Assembly: GCA_035492595.1 (NCBI GenBank)
Contig: DATJJA010000127.1
Span: 32,838-96,837, forward strand
DNA: 64,000 nt
From: Puia sp.
GTDB taxonomy: Bacteria; Bacteroidota; Bacteroidia; Chitinophagales; Chitinophagaceae
Reading direction: 5' to 3'
The notes under the pieces are model-generated. The model did not search any database. It was given only the letters and a program-made list of their open reading frames with translations, and was not told the DNA's origin. The first letter of the stretch is position 1. Every line of letters begins with the position of its first letter. This document shows positions 37,710 through 47,613 of the stretch, in pieces. The translations under genes and the position numbers were made by a program.

Positions 37710-38693
37710 CTAACCGAGGGGCAGGATGATCGGGTTAAAGGCTTTGGAGGCGACGACGACTTTTTGGCCGATGTGTAAGGCTGCGGCTTCTTCACCGGTG
37801 GCAATGACCTTGACGATGTTGTTGGCGGACAGGATGCTGATGATATAGACGATGTCGGCGGGTTTGATGTCGATGATCTCACCGGTTGCCCTGAATTTAC
37901 TGCTGATCTTTTCTTCGAGAAAGATGTTGGCGGCTGTATCCTGTTTCGAGATCCGCCCGTTTTCGAGGACTATCACCTCATCGGCTAATCGAAAGATCTC
38001 CGGCAGATAGTGGCTGACAAGGATGGTTGTCAGCTGGTAGAACCGGTGTGCTTTCAGGATAAAGTCCTGGAGGCGATAACGCATTTCGTCGTCCAGTGCG
38101 GAGAGTGGTTCGTCGAGGAGCAGGAGCCGGGGGCGGCGCGCGATGGCGCGGGCAAGGGCAACCCGTTGTTGCTGGCCGCCGGATAACAAGGCCGGCTTGC
38201 GATGCTGGAGTTCTTCCAGTTCCATCATCGTTAGCAGTTCGGTTACGATGGAACGGTCTGCTTTTTTGGGTAAGGCAAACTCGAGTTGTTGACGGACTGT
38301 CAGATGAGGGAAGAGGGCGAAGTCCTGGAAGACGAAGCCGATGGGTCGATGGCGGGTGGGGAGGTTGAGGTGACGGGATGTGTCGAGCCAGATCCCGCCA
38401 GTCTGGCTGCTCTCGTTGCCCGGGCTGGTCTCGCTGCTTTGGCTGCCCGGGCCGCTGGGGTTGCTATTGCCGCTCTCGCCGCCTTTGTGGTTGCCGTTGC
38501 CCGGGCCGCTCATTTTGATATAACCGGTAGTGGTATCGGTGAGGCCTGCGAGAATGCGCAGGATGGTTGTCTTGCCGGCGCCGGAAGGGCCGTAGAGGGC
38601 GAGTATGCTGCCTTGTTTCAACTGGAATCCGATGTCGAGCAGTTGATGGCCCGATGAGGTGTGGAGCATTTTGGTGGCACGGAACTCAATCAT
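37710..38693 (-). CDS. modC: Molybdate ABC transporter ATP-binding protein
   Basis: GPSGAGKT; FQDFALFPHL; LSGGQQQR; LLDEP; C-terminal TOBE. Confidence 0.88.
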   Translation of the reverse strand: MIEFRATKMLHTSSGHQLLDIGFQLKQGSILALYGPSGAGKTTILRILAGLTDTTTGYIKMSGPGNGNHKGGESGNSNPSGPGSQSSETSPGNESSQTGGIWLDTSRHLNLPTRHRPIGFVFQDFALFPHLTVRQQLEFALPKKADRSIVTELLTMMELEELQHRKPALLSGGQQQRVALARAIARRPRLLLLDEPLSALDDEMRYRLQDFILKAHRFYQLTTILVSHYLPEIFRLADEVIVLENGRISKQDTAANIFLEEKISSKFRATGEIIDIKPADIVYIISILSANNIVKVIATGEEAAALHIGQKVVVASKAFNPIILPLG

Positions 38694-39367
38694 AACATCG
38701 ATTTTGGCTTATTATATCGGTGATTGACAAGGTAGACCAGTAGCAGGATGGTGAAGGAGAGTGCTAAGAGTACCAGTGCATAACGGTTGGCCTGCCCGTA
38801 GTGCGGGGATTGCACCTCGTCGTAAATGGCTACCGAAGCGACTCTTGTTTTGCCGGGTATGCTGCCGCCTATCATCATCACGACGCCGAACTCTCCTATG
38901 GTATGGGCAAAACTTAGCACAGCACCGGTGATGAGGGGGCCCCGCATGTTGGGAAGCAGAACGCGGAAGAGTGTCGTCCAATCCGATTTACCAAGGGTGC
39001 GGGAAGCTTCGTGCAGGCCGGTGGGCAGGCTTCTGAAGCCGGCCAGCAAGGGGTTGATCATAAAGGGCAGACTATAGATAATGGAAGCTATGACGAGTCC
39101 GGGGAAGGTAAACACGAGACGGACATCGAACCACTGGTCGAGAAGCCTGCCAAAACCTCCAGCAGGGCTGAAAGCAAGGAGAAGATAGAAACCCAGGACG
39201 GAAGGGGGAAGCACCATGGGCAGGCTGATGATGGCTTCCACCGCGGCCTTCCACCGGGCGCGGTGGAAGGCAAGCCACCAGGCGATGGGTATGCCCAGCA
39301 GCAGCAGTATCGCCATGGTGAAAAAAGCCAGGCGTAAGCTAAGCCATAGAGGTGACCAGTCAATCAT
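38690..39367 (-). CDS. modB: Molybdate ABC transporter permease
   Basis: LPMVLPPSVLGFYLL; FAHTIGEFGVV. Confidence 0.92.
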   Translation of the reverse strand: MIDWSPLWLSLRLAFFTMAILLLLGIPIAWWLAFHRARWKAAVEAIISLPMVLPPSVLGFYLLLAFSPAGGFGRLLDQWFDVRLVFTFPGLVIASIIYSLPFMINPLLAGFRSLPTGLHEASRTLGKSDWTTLFRVLLPNMRGPLITGAVLSFAHTIGEFGVVMMIGGSIPGKTRVASVAIYDEVQSPHYGQANRYALVLLALSFTILLLVYLVNHRYNKPKSML

Positions 39368-39770
39368 GTGCCAAACTTACTTCATTCGTTTTGATCAGCG
39401 CTATAATCGGGTCATTCTCTTTGAGGCAGAGTGCGTCGCATGCGGCGCGGGTTATGATTGCTTTTATTTGGGGGCCTGTGGACAGCGTAAGGGTCAGCTC
39501 ACAAAGGATAGTGCCGCTGATGATGCCCTGTATGTGACAGGGGAGCTGGTTTCGGACGCTGATCTGCAGCGGGGTGGATGTGGGCAGGGCAATCATTACC
39601 TCCGTTTCTTTGAAGAGAAGGCGGACGGGGGAGCCTGTTCTAAGCCAGGGGCTCGTATCGGGAGTATCGAGGATGACCGAATAGAGGAGCTGCCCGAAGG
39701 CAAGGACTTTTACCAGGGAAATATTGTGTTCTGTTGTGATCGCTGTGATCTCACCGGTTAGCGTATTCAT
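39360..39770 (-). CDS. TOBE/Mop molybdate-binding domain protein
   Basis: Two TOBE repeats; ISVRNQL; ALIKTNEV. Confidence 0.85.
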   Translation of the reverse strand: MNTLTGEITAITTEHNISLVKVLAFGQLLYSVILDTPDTSPWLRTGSPVRLLFKETEVMIALPTSTPLQISVRNQLPCHIQGIISGTILCELTLTLSTGPQIKAIITRAACDALCLKENDPIIALIKTNEVSLAHD

Positions 39771-40600
39771 AGACCAAATCCAAATTTTTGCAGGATGGCG
39801 GCGGTTGCGGGGGCGCTGAAGAATGCGGCGAATTTTTCAGCGCCTGCGTTGCCTTTTGCGTGGTGCAGCAGGACATACCCTTGTTGCAGGGGTTGATGAG
39901 AGCTGGCGGGGATCAACCAGTATTTGCCGCCGGTCTGCTGCATGACGGGGGAGAGGGCCAGTGAAAGGGCGATGAGTGCGATGTCTGCGGCGCCGGTTTG
40001 TGCATACTGGGCTGTCTGCGAGATATTCTCCCCGATGACAAGCTTGTTTTTTACCTTATCAAATAACTGATAATAGTGCAGGCTTTCTTCTGCGCGTTTA
40101 CCATAGGGTGCGTGTGCAGGATTGGCGATGGCTATTTTTTTTATAGCGTTGTTTAGCAGGCTATTCATTTTTTCCTGGTTTGGATCGAGGGTTCTGCTCC
40201 ATAGGACCAATTGCCCTGTACCGTAGAGCTTTACATCGGAAATGGTCTTGTTCTTCTGCTGCAACTGGCGGGGATAATCGATGTCGGCAGAGAAGAAAAG
40301 ATCGAAGGGCGCGGAATTATCGATCTGTTGAAAAAAGTTGCCTGAAGAACCATAGACGACTTTTACTGTTATGTTTGGGTTTTGCTTCGAGAAGACGGCG
40401 ACAACGGAGTCCATGGCGAATTTGAGATCTGCTGCGGCGGCGATGAGGACTTCGGTAGGTTGGGCAGAGGTGATGCTGGTTGGGGCCTGGGGGGTAGAAT
40501 TGGTCGGGGCCGGAGAGATTTTGTGGGTCGGGGTAAGAAATGCCAGAAGCAGCGGTGCTGTGACGGCAAAAAACAACAAACGGCGGAAGGCTCTTCTCAT
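39767..40600 (-). CDS. modA: Molybdate ABC transporter substrate-binding protein
   Basis: AAAADL; GSSG; APFDLFFSAD; IANPAHAPYG; GENISQT. Confidence 0.92.
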   Translation of the reverse strand: MRRAFRRLLFFAVTAPLLLAFLTPTHKISPAPTNSTPQAPTSITSAQPTEVLIAAAADLKFAMDSVVAVFSKQNPNITVKVVYGSSGNFFQQIDNSAPFDLFFSADIDYPRQLQQKNKTISDVKLYGTGQLVLWSRTLDPNQEKMNSLLNNAIKKIAIANPAHAPYGKRAEESLHYYQLFDKVKNKLVIGENISQTAQYAQTGAADIALIALSLALSPVMQQTGGKYWLIPASSHQPLQQGYVLLHHAKGNAGAEKFAAFFSAPATAAILQKFGFGL

Positions 40601-40671
40601 GGAGGGGAAAATTGTGCCATAAATTTAGGACCTTCGCGGGTCAAATATTTATCAAGGCCGAATTATTTAAT

Positions 40672-41745
40672 ATGAGTCAATTATTTACACCCCTTACTAT
40701 AAGGGATATCATTTTGGGAAATCGTATCGTCGTTTCGCCCATGTGTCAGTATTCCGCCCATGACGGAGTAGCAGGAGACTGGCATCTTGTGCATCTGGGG
40801 AGCAGGGCTGTGGGTGGGGCAGGGCTGATCATTACAGAAGTGACGGCTATTTCGCCGGAAGGGCGGATATCGCCTTATGACCTGGGCATCTGGAAAGATG
40901 AACATATCGAAGGGCTTCGGCGGATCGTCAAGTTTGTCCGGGCGCAGGGTAGTGAGATGGGCATACAGATAGGGCATGCAGGACGTAAGGCCAGTGTAAC
41001 CGAACCCTGGAACGGCGGCAAGCTGTTGAAGGAAGAGGAAGGAGGGTGGCCGGTGGTGGCGCCCAGTGCTATCCCTTTTAGCGAACATTACGGAGAACCA
41101 GTGGAACTGACGATAGCGGGGATCCGGCATGTGGTGGAAGATTTTAAGTTAGCTGCTCGGCGGGCCATGCTGGCCGGCTTTAAGGTAGTGGAGATACACG
41201 CCGCTCATGGATATCTTGTACACCAATTCCTTTCACCGCTGAGCAATCATCGGATGGATGAATATGGCGGGAGTTTTGACAACAGGGTAAGATTGTTACT
41301 GGAAATCGTCGAGGGGGTGAGATCGGTCTGGCCTCCCGGTTATCCGCTGTTCGTGCGTGTTTCGGCCACGGACTGGGCTGAAGACGGGTGGTCGGCCGAT
41401 GAGACTGTGCGGCTTTGCGCCCTGTTAAAAGAAAGGGAAGTGGATGTGATCGACTGTTCCACGGGGGGATTGGTACCCTATCAAAAGATCCCGGTGGGAC
41501 CGGGCTACCAGGTGCAGTTTGCCGAACGGATCCGGAAAGAGACGGGGATGCTTACGGGGGCGGTAGGGATCATTACCAACCCGATACAGGCGGAGACCAT
41601 ATTGGCGAGCGGGCAGGCGGACCTGGTTGTCATGGCCCGGCAAATGCTTCGGGATCCTTATTTCCCATTGCATGCGGCTGACGAATTAGGATTTAAAGAC
41701 ATGCATTGGCCCCTGCAATATGAGCGCGCTAAGAAAGTTAGATAG
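40672..41745 (+). CDS. namA: NADPH dehydrogenase NamA/YqjM (old yellow enzyme)
   Basis: NRIVVSPMCQYS; HAAHGYL; PGYQV; WP.QY.RA. Confidence 0.88.
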   Translation: MSQLFTPLTIRDIILGNRIVVSPMCQYSAHDGVAGDWHLVHLGSRAVGGAGLIITEVTAISPEGRISPYDLGIWKDEHIEGLRRIVKFVRAQGSEMGIQIGHAGRKASVTEPWNGGKLLKEEEGGWPVVAPSAIPFSEHYGEPVELTIAGIRHVVEDFKLAARRAMLAGFKVVEIHAAHGYLVHQFLSPLSNHRMDEYGGSFDNRVRLLLEIVEGVRSVWPPGYPLFVRVSATDWAEDGWSADETVRLCALLKEREVDVIDCSTGGLVPYQKIPVGPGYQVQFAERIRKETGMLTGAVGIITNPIQAETILASGQADLVVMARQMLRDPYFPLHAADELGFKDMHWPLQYERAKKVR

Positions 41746-41811
41746 AAAAATCGCTTTTTTCTGAACTTTCGACAGACCGTTTTGTTTCTTTTAACAATTC
41801 AAAAATCACTG

Positions 41812-42492
41812 ATGCAACTAACATTTTACGGACACGGTACCCTATCAATTACTGTAAATAAGAAAACGATTCTTTTCGACCCATTTTTTACAGGCAATCC
41901 CTCTGCGAAAAACATTGATATTGATAAGATTAAGGCGGATTATATCTTTATTACCCATGGACATGGGGATCATACGTCCGACCTGGTGAATGTGGCAAAG
42001 AAGACTGGCGCAAAATGTGTCGGTGCGGCGGAAGTTGTGGGGTGGCTTTCCAAAAACGGGGTGGAGAATGTACATCCTCTGAATCATGGGGGGCCGGTTT
42101 CCTTTGATTTTGGTAAGGCTCGTGCGGTGAATGCCATTCATTCCTCTTCTTTTAGCGATGGAAGCTATGCCGGCAATCCTTTGGGGTTTGTTTTTACTAC
42201 GCCGGAGGGCAATTTTTATATAGCCGGCGATACGGCTCTGACGATGGACATGCAGCTGATCCCTTTATGGGCAAAGCTGGATTTTGCCGTAATGCCTATC
42301 GGGGGAAATTACACCATGGACCCGGCAGATGCGCTGCATGCCTCGGATTTTGTAAAATGTAATAAAGTAGTTGGCGCTCACTATAATACCTGGCCAATCA
42401 TACAAATTGATACGGAAAAGGCCAAGGCGGATTTTGCGGCAGCCGGCAAACAGCTGCTGCTCCCCAATCCTGGTGAAACCATTGAGATCTAG
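41812..42492 (+). CDS. Metallo-beta-lactamase fold hydrolase (UPF0173-like)
   Basis: THGHGDH; AIHSS; AGDT; PIGGNYTM. Confidence 0.88.
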   Translation: MQLTFYGHGTLSITVNKKTILFDPFFTGNPSAKNIDIDKIKADYIFITHGHGDHTSDLVNVAKKTGAKCVGAAEVVGWLSKNGVENVHPLNHGGPVSFDFGKARAVNAIHSSSFSDGSYAGNPLGFVFTTPEGNFYIAGDTALTMDMQLIPLWAKLDFAVMPIGGNYTMDPADALHASDFVKCNKVVGAHYNTWPIIQIDTEKAKADFAAAGKQLLLPNPGETIEI

Positions 42493-42673
42493 TGACTATT
42501 TTGGGATATTTGTTATTGAATTGTAAATAGGCTCATATGACGGGCTATTTCAGGCAGGATTTTTAGAATCTTGCAGCACAAACCGTACATTGGCTGTCAA
42601 TTATTGGCAGGGGAATTGATAAAAAAACCAGGAACTGACCTAAAGAATCTGGATTTGATAAAACTTTACAAGC

Positions 42674-43456
42674 ATGGACATTAGCGGTTATTTACGAAGG
42701 ATCAATTACGACGGCGTAGTATACAGAGAGTTGGATACTTTGCGCGAACTGCAGCGCAATCATGTTCTTTCCATTCCGTTCGAGACGCTGGATATTCACA
42801 ATCAAATACCCATTTTATTACAGATCAATTTCTTGTATCAAAAAGTGATACTGGATAAGCGTGGGGGATACTGTTACGAATTAAATGTTCTATTCCATCG
42901 TCTGCTGACGCTGTGTGGATTCGACGTAAAGATGATCGGGGGACGGCTGCATCATGGCAATAATAAGTTTGGCCGGGAGTTCGAACATATGGCGCTGCTG
43001 GTGGAACTGAATGGTCGTAAATGGCTGGTAGACGTAGGATATGGAGATTTTTCCATGGCACCTTTAGCTATCATGCCTGGTGAGATACAAAGTGATGGCC
43101 GCAATTATTACCAGATCATAGATCCGGTGGTGGTGGACGGAAAGTCTTATTTAGCGGTTGCAAAATGGAATGCGACCAAGCAGGACTTTAAGATCGATTA
43201 TATTTTTACGCTTACTCCACGGGTACTGGCAGATTTCCACGATATGAATGAATTTCATCAGTCTTCGCCGGAGTCTCACTTCAGACGGAGTCTGATCTGT
43301 ACGCTGCCCACGGAAGAAGGGAGGATCAGTCTTATCAACAACAAGCTGATCCGTACAGAAGGCGGGAAGCGGCAGGTGAGGATCATCCAGGACGAGGATC
43401 ATCGCGACGAGATATTGGAGAAATATTTTCATATGGATATGGTTTATCTGCCTTAG
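42674..43456 (+). CDS. Arylamine N-acetyltransferase
   Basis: IPFETLD; RGGYCYELN; EHMAL; DVGYG (Cys-His-Asp triad). Confidence 0.92.
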   Translation: MDISGYLRRINYDGVVYRELDTLRELQRNHVLSIPFETLDIHNQIPILLQINFLYQKVILDKRGGYCYELNVLFHRLLTLCGFDVKMIGGRLHHGNNKFGREFEHMALLVELNGRKWLVDVGYGDFSMAPLAIMPGEIQSDGRNYYQIIDPVVVDGKSYLAVAKWNATKQDFKIDYIFTLTPRVLADFHDMNEFHQSSPESHFRRSLICTLPTEEGRISLINNKLIRTEGGKRQVRIIQDEDHRDEILEKYFHMDMVYLP

Positions 43457-43508
43457 GTCAGTGCTGCAATAGGGGTGAGGATATGAAGAAAGACCTTATT
43501 TTTACAGC

Positions 43509-44030
43509 ATGAACCTTTTTAACCGACCACTGCTTATTTGTTTGTTGGGTATAGCTGTTATTGCGGGTTGCGACGAACCTCCGAAGAAACATGGTACTCG
43601 TCATACTGCTGCTTCGGCGCCTGCCACTCCGGGTGTCGATAAGAATACGTTACCGCCGCCAGATATCTTTGTTGCTTCCCCGCATACGATCGAGGGGTGT
43701 GTAGGGTTATATACATATGATTCGCTGAAGACCTCTTTTGATAATATGGATGTTGACAAGGGAAAGAAGATCCTGGCGACGAAGACAGCGGAATTTGCTT
43801 TTTTGCGCTGGCACGGGAAGGATGTGGTGATGAAGTATGATAAAAAGGAGAGTAAGGTAGTGGATAAGACGATGAATAAGGAGGTGTACCGGGGGAACGG
43901 GTTTGTGGTGGTGCTGATGATGCAGGTGATCCAGGTAAAGGGGGAGGAGATGTTGTCGACGGGGACGCTGGAGATCATCCAGGGGGACAAAAAGATAAAG
44001 ATTAAAGTTAGTGGGGTATCGGGGTGTTAG
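43509..44030 (+). CDS. Hypothetical lipoprotein
   Basis: VIAGC lipobox; IEGC and terminal GC cysteines. Confidence 0.7.
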   Translation: MNLFNRPLLICLLGIAVIAGCDEPPKKHGTRHTAASAPATPGVDKNTLPPPDIFVASPHTIEGCVGLYTYDSLKTSFDNMDVDKGKKILATKTAEFAFLRWHGKDVVMKYDKKESKVVDKTMNKEVYRGNGFVVVLMMQVIQVKGEEMLSTGTLEIIQGDKKIKIKVSGVSGC

Positions 44031-44057
44031 AGACCCTCCCGGACTGATAAATGATAG

Positions 44058-44092
44058 TATAAAAAAACCTCCCAACCGGGAGGTTTTTTTAT
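44058..44092. terminator. Bidirectional intrinsic terminator
   Basis: aaaaaaacctccc-aacc-gggaggttttttt between convergent genes. Confidence 0.9.
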
Positions 44093-44106
44093 TGGAGAGG
44101 TATTTA

Positions 44107-45510
44107 TTACAGGTGTATCGCTTCGCCATAAGCCGCTTCGATGGCGTCTTTGACCCCTTCGCTCATAGTGGGGTGAGGGTGAACGCTGTCGAGCAGTTCG
44201 TGGTAGGTCGTCTCGAGTTTGCGGCCGACTACGGTCTCTGCGATGATCTCGGTTACGTTGTAGCCGATCATGTGGGTGCCGAGCCATTCGCCGTATTTTG
44301 CGTCGAAGATGACTTTTACGAAGCCTTCTGTATGACCGACGCCGGTCGCTTTACCGGAGGCGGTGAAGGGGAATTTGCCAACCTTTATTTCGTAGCCTGC
44401 ATCGCGGGCCTGTTTTTCGGTGTAACCGACAGAGGCGATCTCGGGCGTGCAGTAGGTACAGCCGGGGATGTTGTTATAGTCGAGTCCTTCGGGCTGATGC
44501 TTGTATTTCTTTTCGTTGTAGGCGATGTTTTCCACGCAGATGATGCCTTCTTTTGTAGATACGTGGGCAAGGGCCTGGCCAGGAACACAGTCGCCGACGG
44601 CATAGATGCCGGGTACATTGGTCTGGTAGTATTTGTCGACGCTGATCTTCCCTTTATCCGTCTTTACGCCCAGGGTTTCGAGACCGATGTTCTCGATATT
44701 GGCAGAGATGCCTATAGCGCTGAGAACGACGTCGGCTTCGAGGGTCACTTCACCTGTTGGCGTCTTGACTTTTGCCTTTACGCCATTGCCGCTGGTATCT
44801 ACGCTGGTCACTTCGCTGTTGGTCAGGATCTCGATACCATATTTCCTGTACATCTTTTCCAACTCTTTCGAGATGTCTTCGTCTTCAACGGGAACGATCC
44901 GGGGCAGGAACTCTACGATAGTGACCTTTGTGCCCATGCTATAGTAGAAATAGGCGAATTCTACGCCGATGGCGCCGCTGCCTACGATGATAATGCTGTT
45001 GGGTTTTTCAGGAAGAGTCATAGCTTCCCGGTAACCGATGACCTTTTTGCCGTCCTGTTTCAGGTTCGGGAGCTCGCGGCTGCGCGCGCCTGTAGCGACG
45101 ATGATATGTTTGCCTTCGACGATCTGGGTTTTGCCGTCCTTGTCGGTGACTTCGAGCTGACCTTTGGCTTTCAGCTTACCTGTGCCAAGGATCACGTCGA
45201 TCTTATTTTTTCTCATCAGGAACTGTACGCCTTTGCTCATCTTATCCGCTACTCCGCGGCTACGTCGGATCACTGCCGGGAAGTCTGCTGTGCCGGTGGC
45301 TTCGATGCCGAAATCTTTTGCATGCAGAATGTCCTGAAATACCTGGGCACTTTTTAGCAGGGCTTTAGTAGGAATACATCCCCAGTTAAGACAAACTCCA
45401 CCAAGGTTCTCTTTTTCAATGATTGCTACTTTAAAGCCAAGCTGTGCGGCGCGGATCGCGGATGGATAACCACCGGTCCCGCTGCCTAGAACGACTACAT
45501 CGTATGCCAT
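44107..45510 (-). CDS. lpdA: Dihydrolipoyl dehydrogenase (E3)
   Basis: GGVCLNWGCIPTK; GSGAIG; HPHPTMSE. Confidence 0.96.
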   Translation of the reverse strand: MAYDVVVLGSGTGGYPSAIRAAQLGFKVAIIEKENLGGVCLNWGCIPTKALLKSAQVFQDILHAKDFGIEATGTADFPAVIRRSRGVADKMSKGVQFLMRKNKIDVILGTGKLKAKGQLEVTDKDGKTQIVEGKHIIVATGARSRELPNLKQDGKKVIGYREAMTLPEKPNSIIIVGSGAIGVEFAYFYYSMGTKVTIVEFLPRIVPVEDEDISKELEKMYRKYGIEILTNSEVTSVDTSGNGVKAKVKTPTGEVTLEADVVLSAIGISANIENIGLETLGVKTDKGKISVDKYYQTNVPGIYAVGDCVPGQALAHVSTKEGIICVENIAYNEKKYKHQPEGLDYNNIPGCTYCTPEIASVGYTEKQARDAGYEIKVGKFPFTASGKATGVGHTEGFVKVIFDAKYGEWLGTHMIGYNVTEIIAETVVGRKLETTYHELLDSVHPHPTMSEGVKDAIEAAYGEAIHL

Positions 45511-45622
45511 GTCTAACCTTTTTTATTTTTAAAAATTTATAAAAATGCGACCGGCGAAGGTACTTCACAAAGCGGAAATCGCCAAATGCCCCGGTTGCGC
45601 CGGAGGGTGTACATTTGCGGCC

Positions 45623-46369
45623 ATGAAAGCAATTAAACTGGATATATTGGCTATAGCCGTTCATCCTGATGACGTAGAGCTGGGATGTTCAGGCACTTTA
45701 CTTATGGAAAAGCAAAACGGGAAGAAAACGGGAGTGGTGGACCTGACCCGCGGGGAACTGGGGACGAGAGGTACGGCGGAGCTGCGGGCGGAAGAGGCGG
45801 CAAAAGCTGCGGCCATTCTCGGGCTGGATGTGCGGGAGAACCTGGGAATGGCGGATGGCTTTTTCCGGAATGACGAGGCGCATCAGCGGCAGCTGATCCG
45901 GGCCATCCGGAAGTATCGCCCGGAGATAGTGCTGGCCAATGCACTGGATGACCGGCATCCTGACCATGGACGTGCGGGGCATCTTATCACGGAGTCCTGT
46001 TTTCTCAGCGGGCTGCGGAAGGTGACGACGGAAGACGAGGAAGGTCGTCCGCAGGAGCACTGGCGTCCCAAATATGTATTCCATTTCATCCAGGACCGCT
46101 ATGCTCATCCTACGTTCGTATACGATATTACGCCGGTCTTTGAGGCCAAACTGCAGTCGATAAGGGCCTATTCGTCGCAGTTCTTTTCCACCGAATACAG
46201 TGAGAATGAGCCACAGACCTATATCTCCACCCCGGAGTTCCTGAATGCCATCATCGGGCGGCATCAGATGTTCGGGAAAATGATCGGAGTACCGTATGCG
46301 GAGGGTTTTATCACCGAAAAAGTGATCGGCATAAGGGATTTTGACGCAATTGTACAGATGGATACTTAA
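45623..46369 (+). CDS. bshB1: Bacillithiol biosynthesis deacetylase BshB1
   Basis: HPDDVELG; DLTRGELGTRG; RHPDH; AYSSQF; YAEGF; TACATTTG promoter element just upstream. Confidence 0.9.
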   Translation: MKAIKLDILAIAVHPDDVELGCSGTLLMEKQNGKKTGVVDLTRGELGTRGTAELRAEEAAKAAAILGLDVRENLGMADGFFRNDEAHQRQLIRAIRKYRPEIVLANALDDRHPDHGRAGHLITESCFLSGLRKVTTEDEEGRPQEHWRPKYVFHFIQDRYAHPTFVYDITPVFEAKLQSIRAYSSQFFSTEYSENEPQTYISTPEFLNAIIGRHQMFGKMIGVPYAEGFITEKVIGIRDFDAIVQMDT

Positions 46370-46496
46370 TTGTGTGGGAATCAGCGTGCCTGCATAACAA
46401 AAGCCAGGAGATGGCGTTTGTATATTGTATCGGTTTTAACACTCAAATACCCTCAGAAAGGACTAAATTTGCACTACATTATTAATATTTACTATC

Positions 46497-47564
46497 ATGC
46501 TAACACCCAAATTTGCCAATACACCTCATTCTTTTCACACGGAGCTGAAGAAAAGGATCAGCAACTATTTTGAGGAGGTTGGTAAATCGACTACAGGAAA
46601 TTATAATCTTTTCCTGAAAGCGGTAATCCTGATGGTGAGTTTTGTTTTCGTATACATTCACCTGGTCTTTTTTACACCGGCTGCTCTTTGGGCGATACTG
46701 GAATGTGTGCTGCTGGGCGGCATTGTTGCCGCTATCGGTTTTAATGTGATGCATGACGGGGCTCATGGCAGTTTTTCCAAATACAAATGGGTCAATCATT
46801 TTGCGGCTTTCTCACTGAATATACTTGGAGGGAATAGCTTTATGTGGAATCAGAAGCACAATGTCATCCACCATGCGTTCACCAATGTGGATGGAGTAGA
46901 TGACGACATAGATATTCAGCCCTGGATGCGGATGAGCGAAACGCAGAAGAAATACAGGCTTCATAAGTATCAGCACCTGTATTTCTGGTTCCTTTATTCC
47001 CTGCTGTACATCTTCTGGATCTTTGTGCTGGACTATATAAAATATTTCAAGAGCAAGGTTGGCGGCATGCCTTTGAAGAGAATGACGATCGGTGATCATT
47101 TCGTGTTCTGGGGCTTCAAGCTTTTCCATGCCTTCCTATTCGTATTCCTCCCGATCTATAAGATCGGCTTTTCTGACTGGCTGGTTGGCTTTATCATTTT
47201 CACCTGTGTAGCAGGGTTTGTGCTGAGCATTGTCTTCCAGCTGGCTCATACAGTGGAGCATACGGCCTTCCCCGTTGCCAATGCAGAGACCGGTAAGCTG
47301 GAGGATGAATGGGCTGTTCACCAGATCAAGACGACGGCTAATTTCGCTACCAATAACCCGGTGGTGTCATGGCTGGTTGGCGGCTTGAACTTCCAGATCG
47401 AGCATCATCTTTTCCCCAAAATATCGCACGTTCACTATCCCGCTATCAGCAAGATCATCCGGCAGGCTTGTCAGGAGTATGGTCTGGTGTATATCGAATA
47501 TCCAAGAGTGCGTTATGCCGTTGCATCGCATGTGGCTTTTTTGCGCCAGATGGGAAGGAAATAA
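46497..47564 (+). CDS. Membrane fatty acid (acyl-CoA) desaturase
   Basis: His boxes HDGAH, HNVIHH, QIEHHLFP. Confidence 0.9.
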   Translation: MLTPKFANTPHSFHTELKKRISNYFEEVGKSTTGNYNLFLKAVILMVSFVFVYIHLVFFTPAALWAILECVLLGGIVAAIGFNVMHDGAHGSFSKYKWVNHFAAFSLNILGGNSFMWNQKHNVIHHAFTNVDGVDDDIDIQPWMRMSETQKKYRLHKYQHLYFWFLYSLLYIFWIFVLDYIKYFKSKVGGMPLKRMTIGDHFVFWGFKLFHAFLFVFLPIYKIGFSDWLVGFIIFTCVAGFVLSIVFQLAHTVEHTAFPVANAETGKLEDEWAVHQIKTTANFATNNPVVSWLVGGLNFQIEHHLFPKISHVHYPAISKIIRQACQEYGLVYIEYPRVRYAVASHVAFLRQMGRK

Positions 47565-47613
47565 AATTGTAACTTTGCACCCCGTTGCGGTTAAAACTGC
47601 AGCGACAAAGTAA

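Noticed and set aside
44011-45357. 448-aa + strand ORF
   Set aside because: Antisense shadow of lpdA with no recognisable motifs
45623-46369. Bacillithiol genes in a Gram-negative as a novelty
   Set aside because: bsh and ytxJ homologs are already known in Bacteroidota
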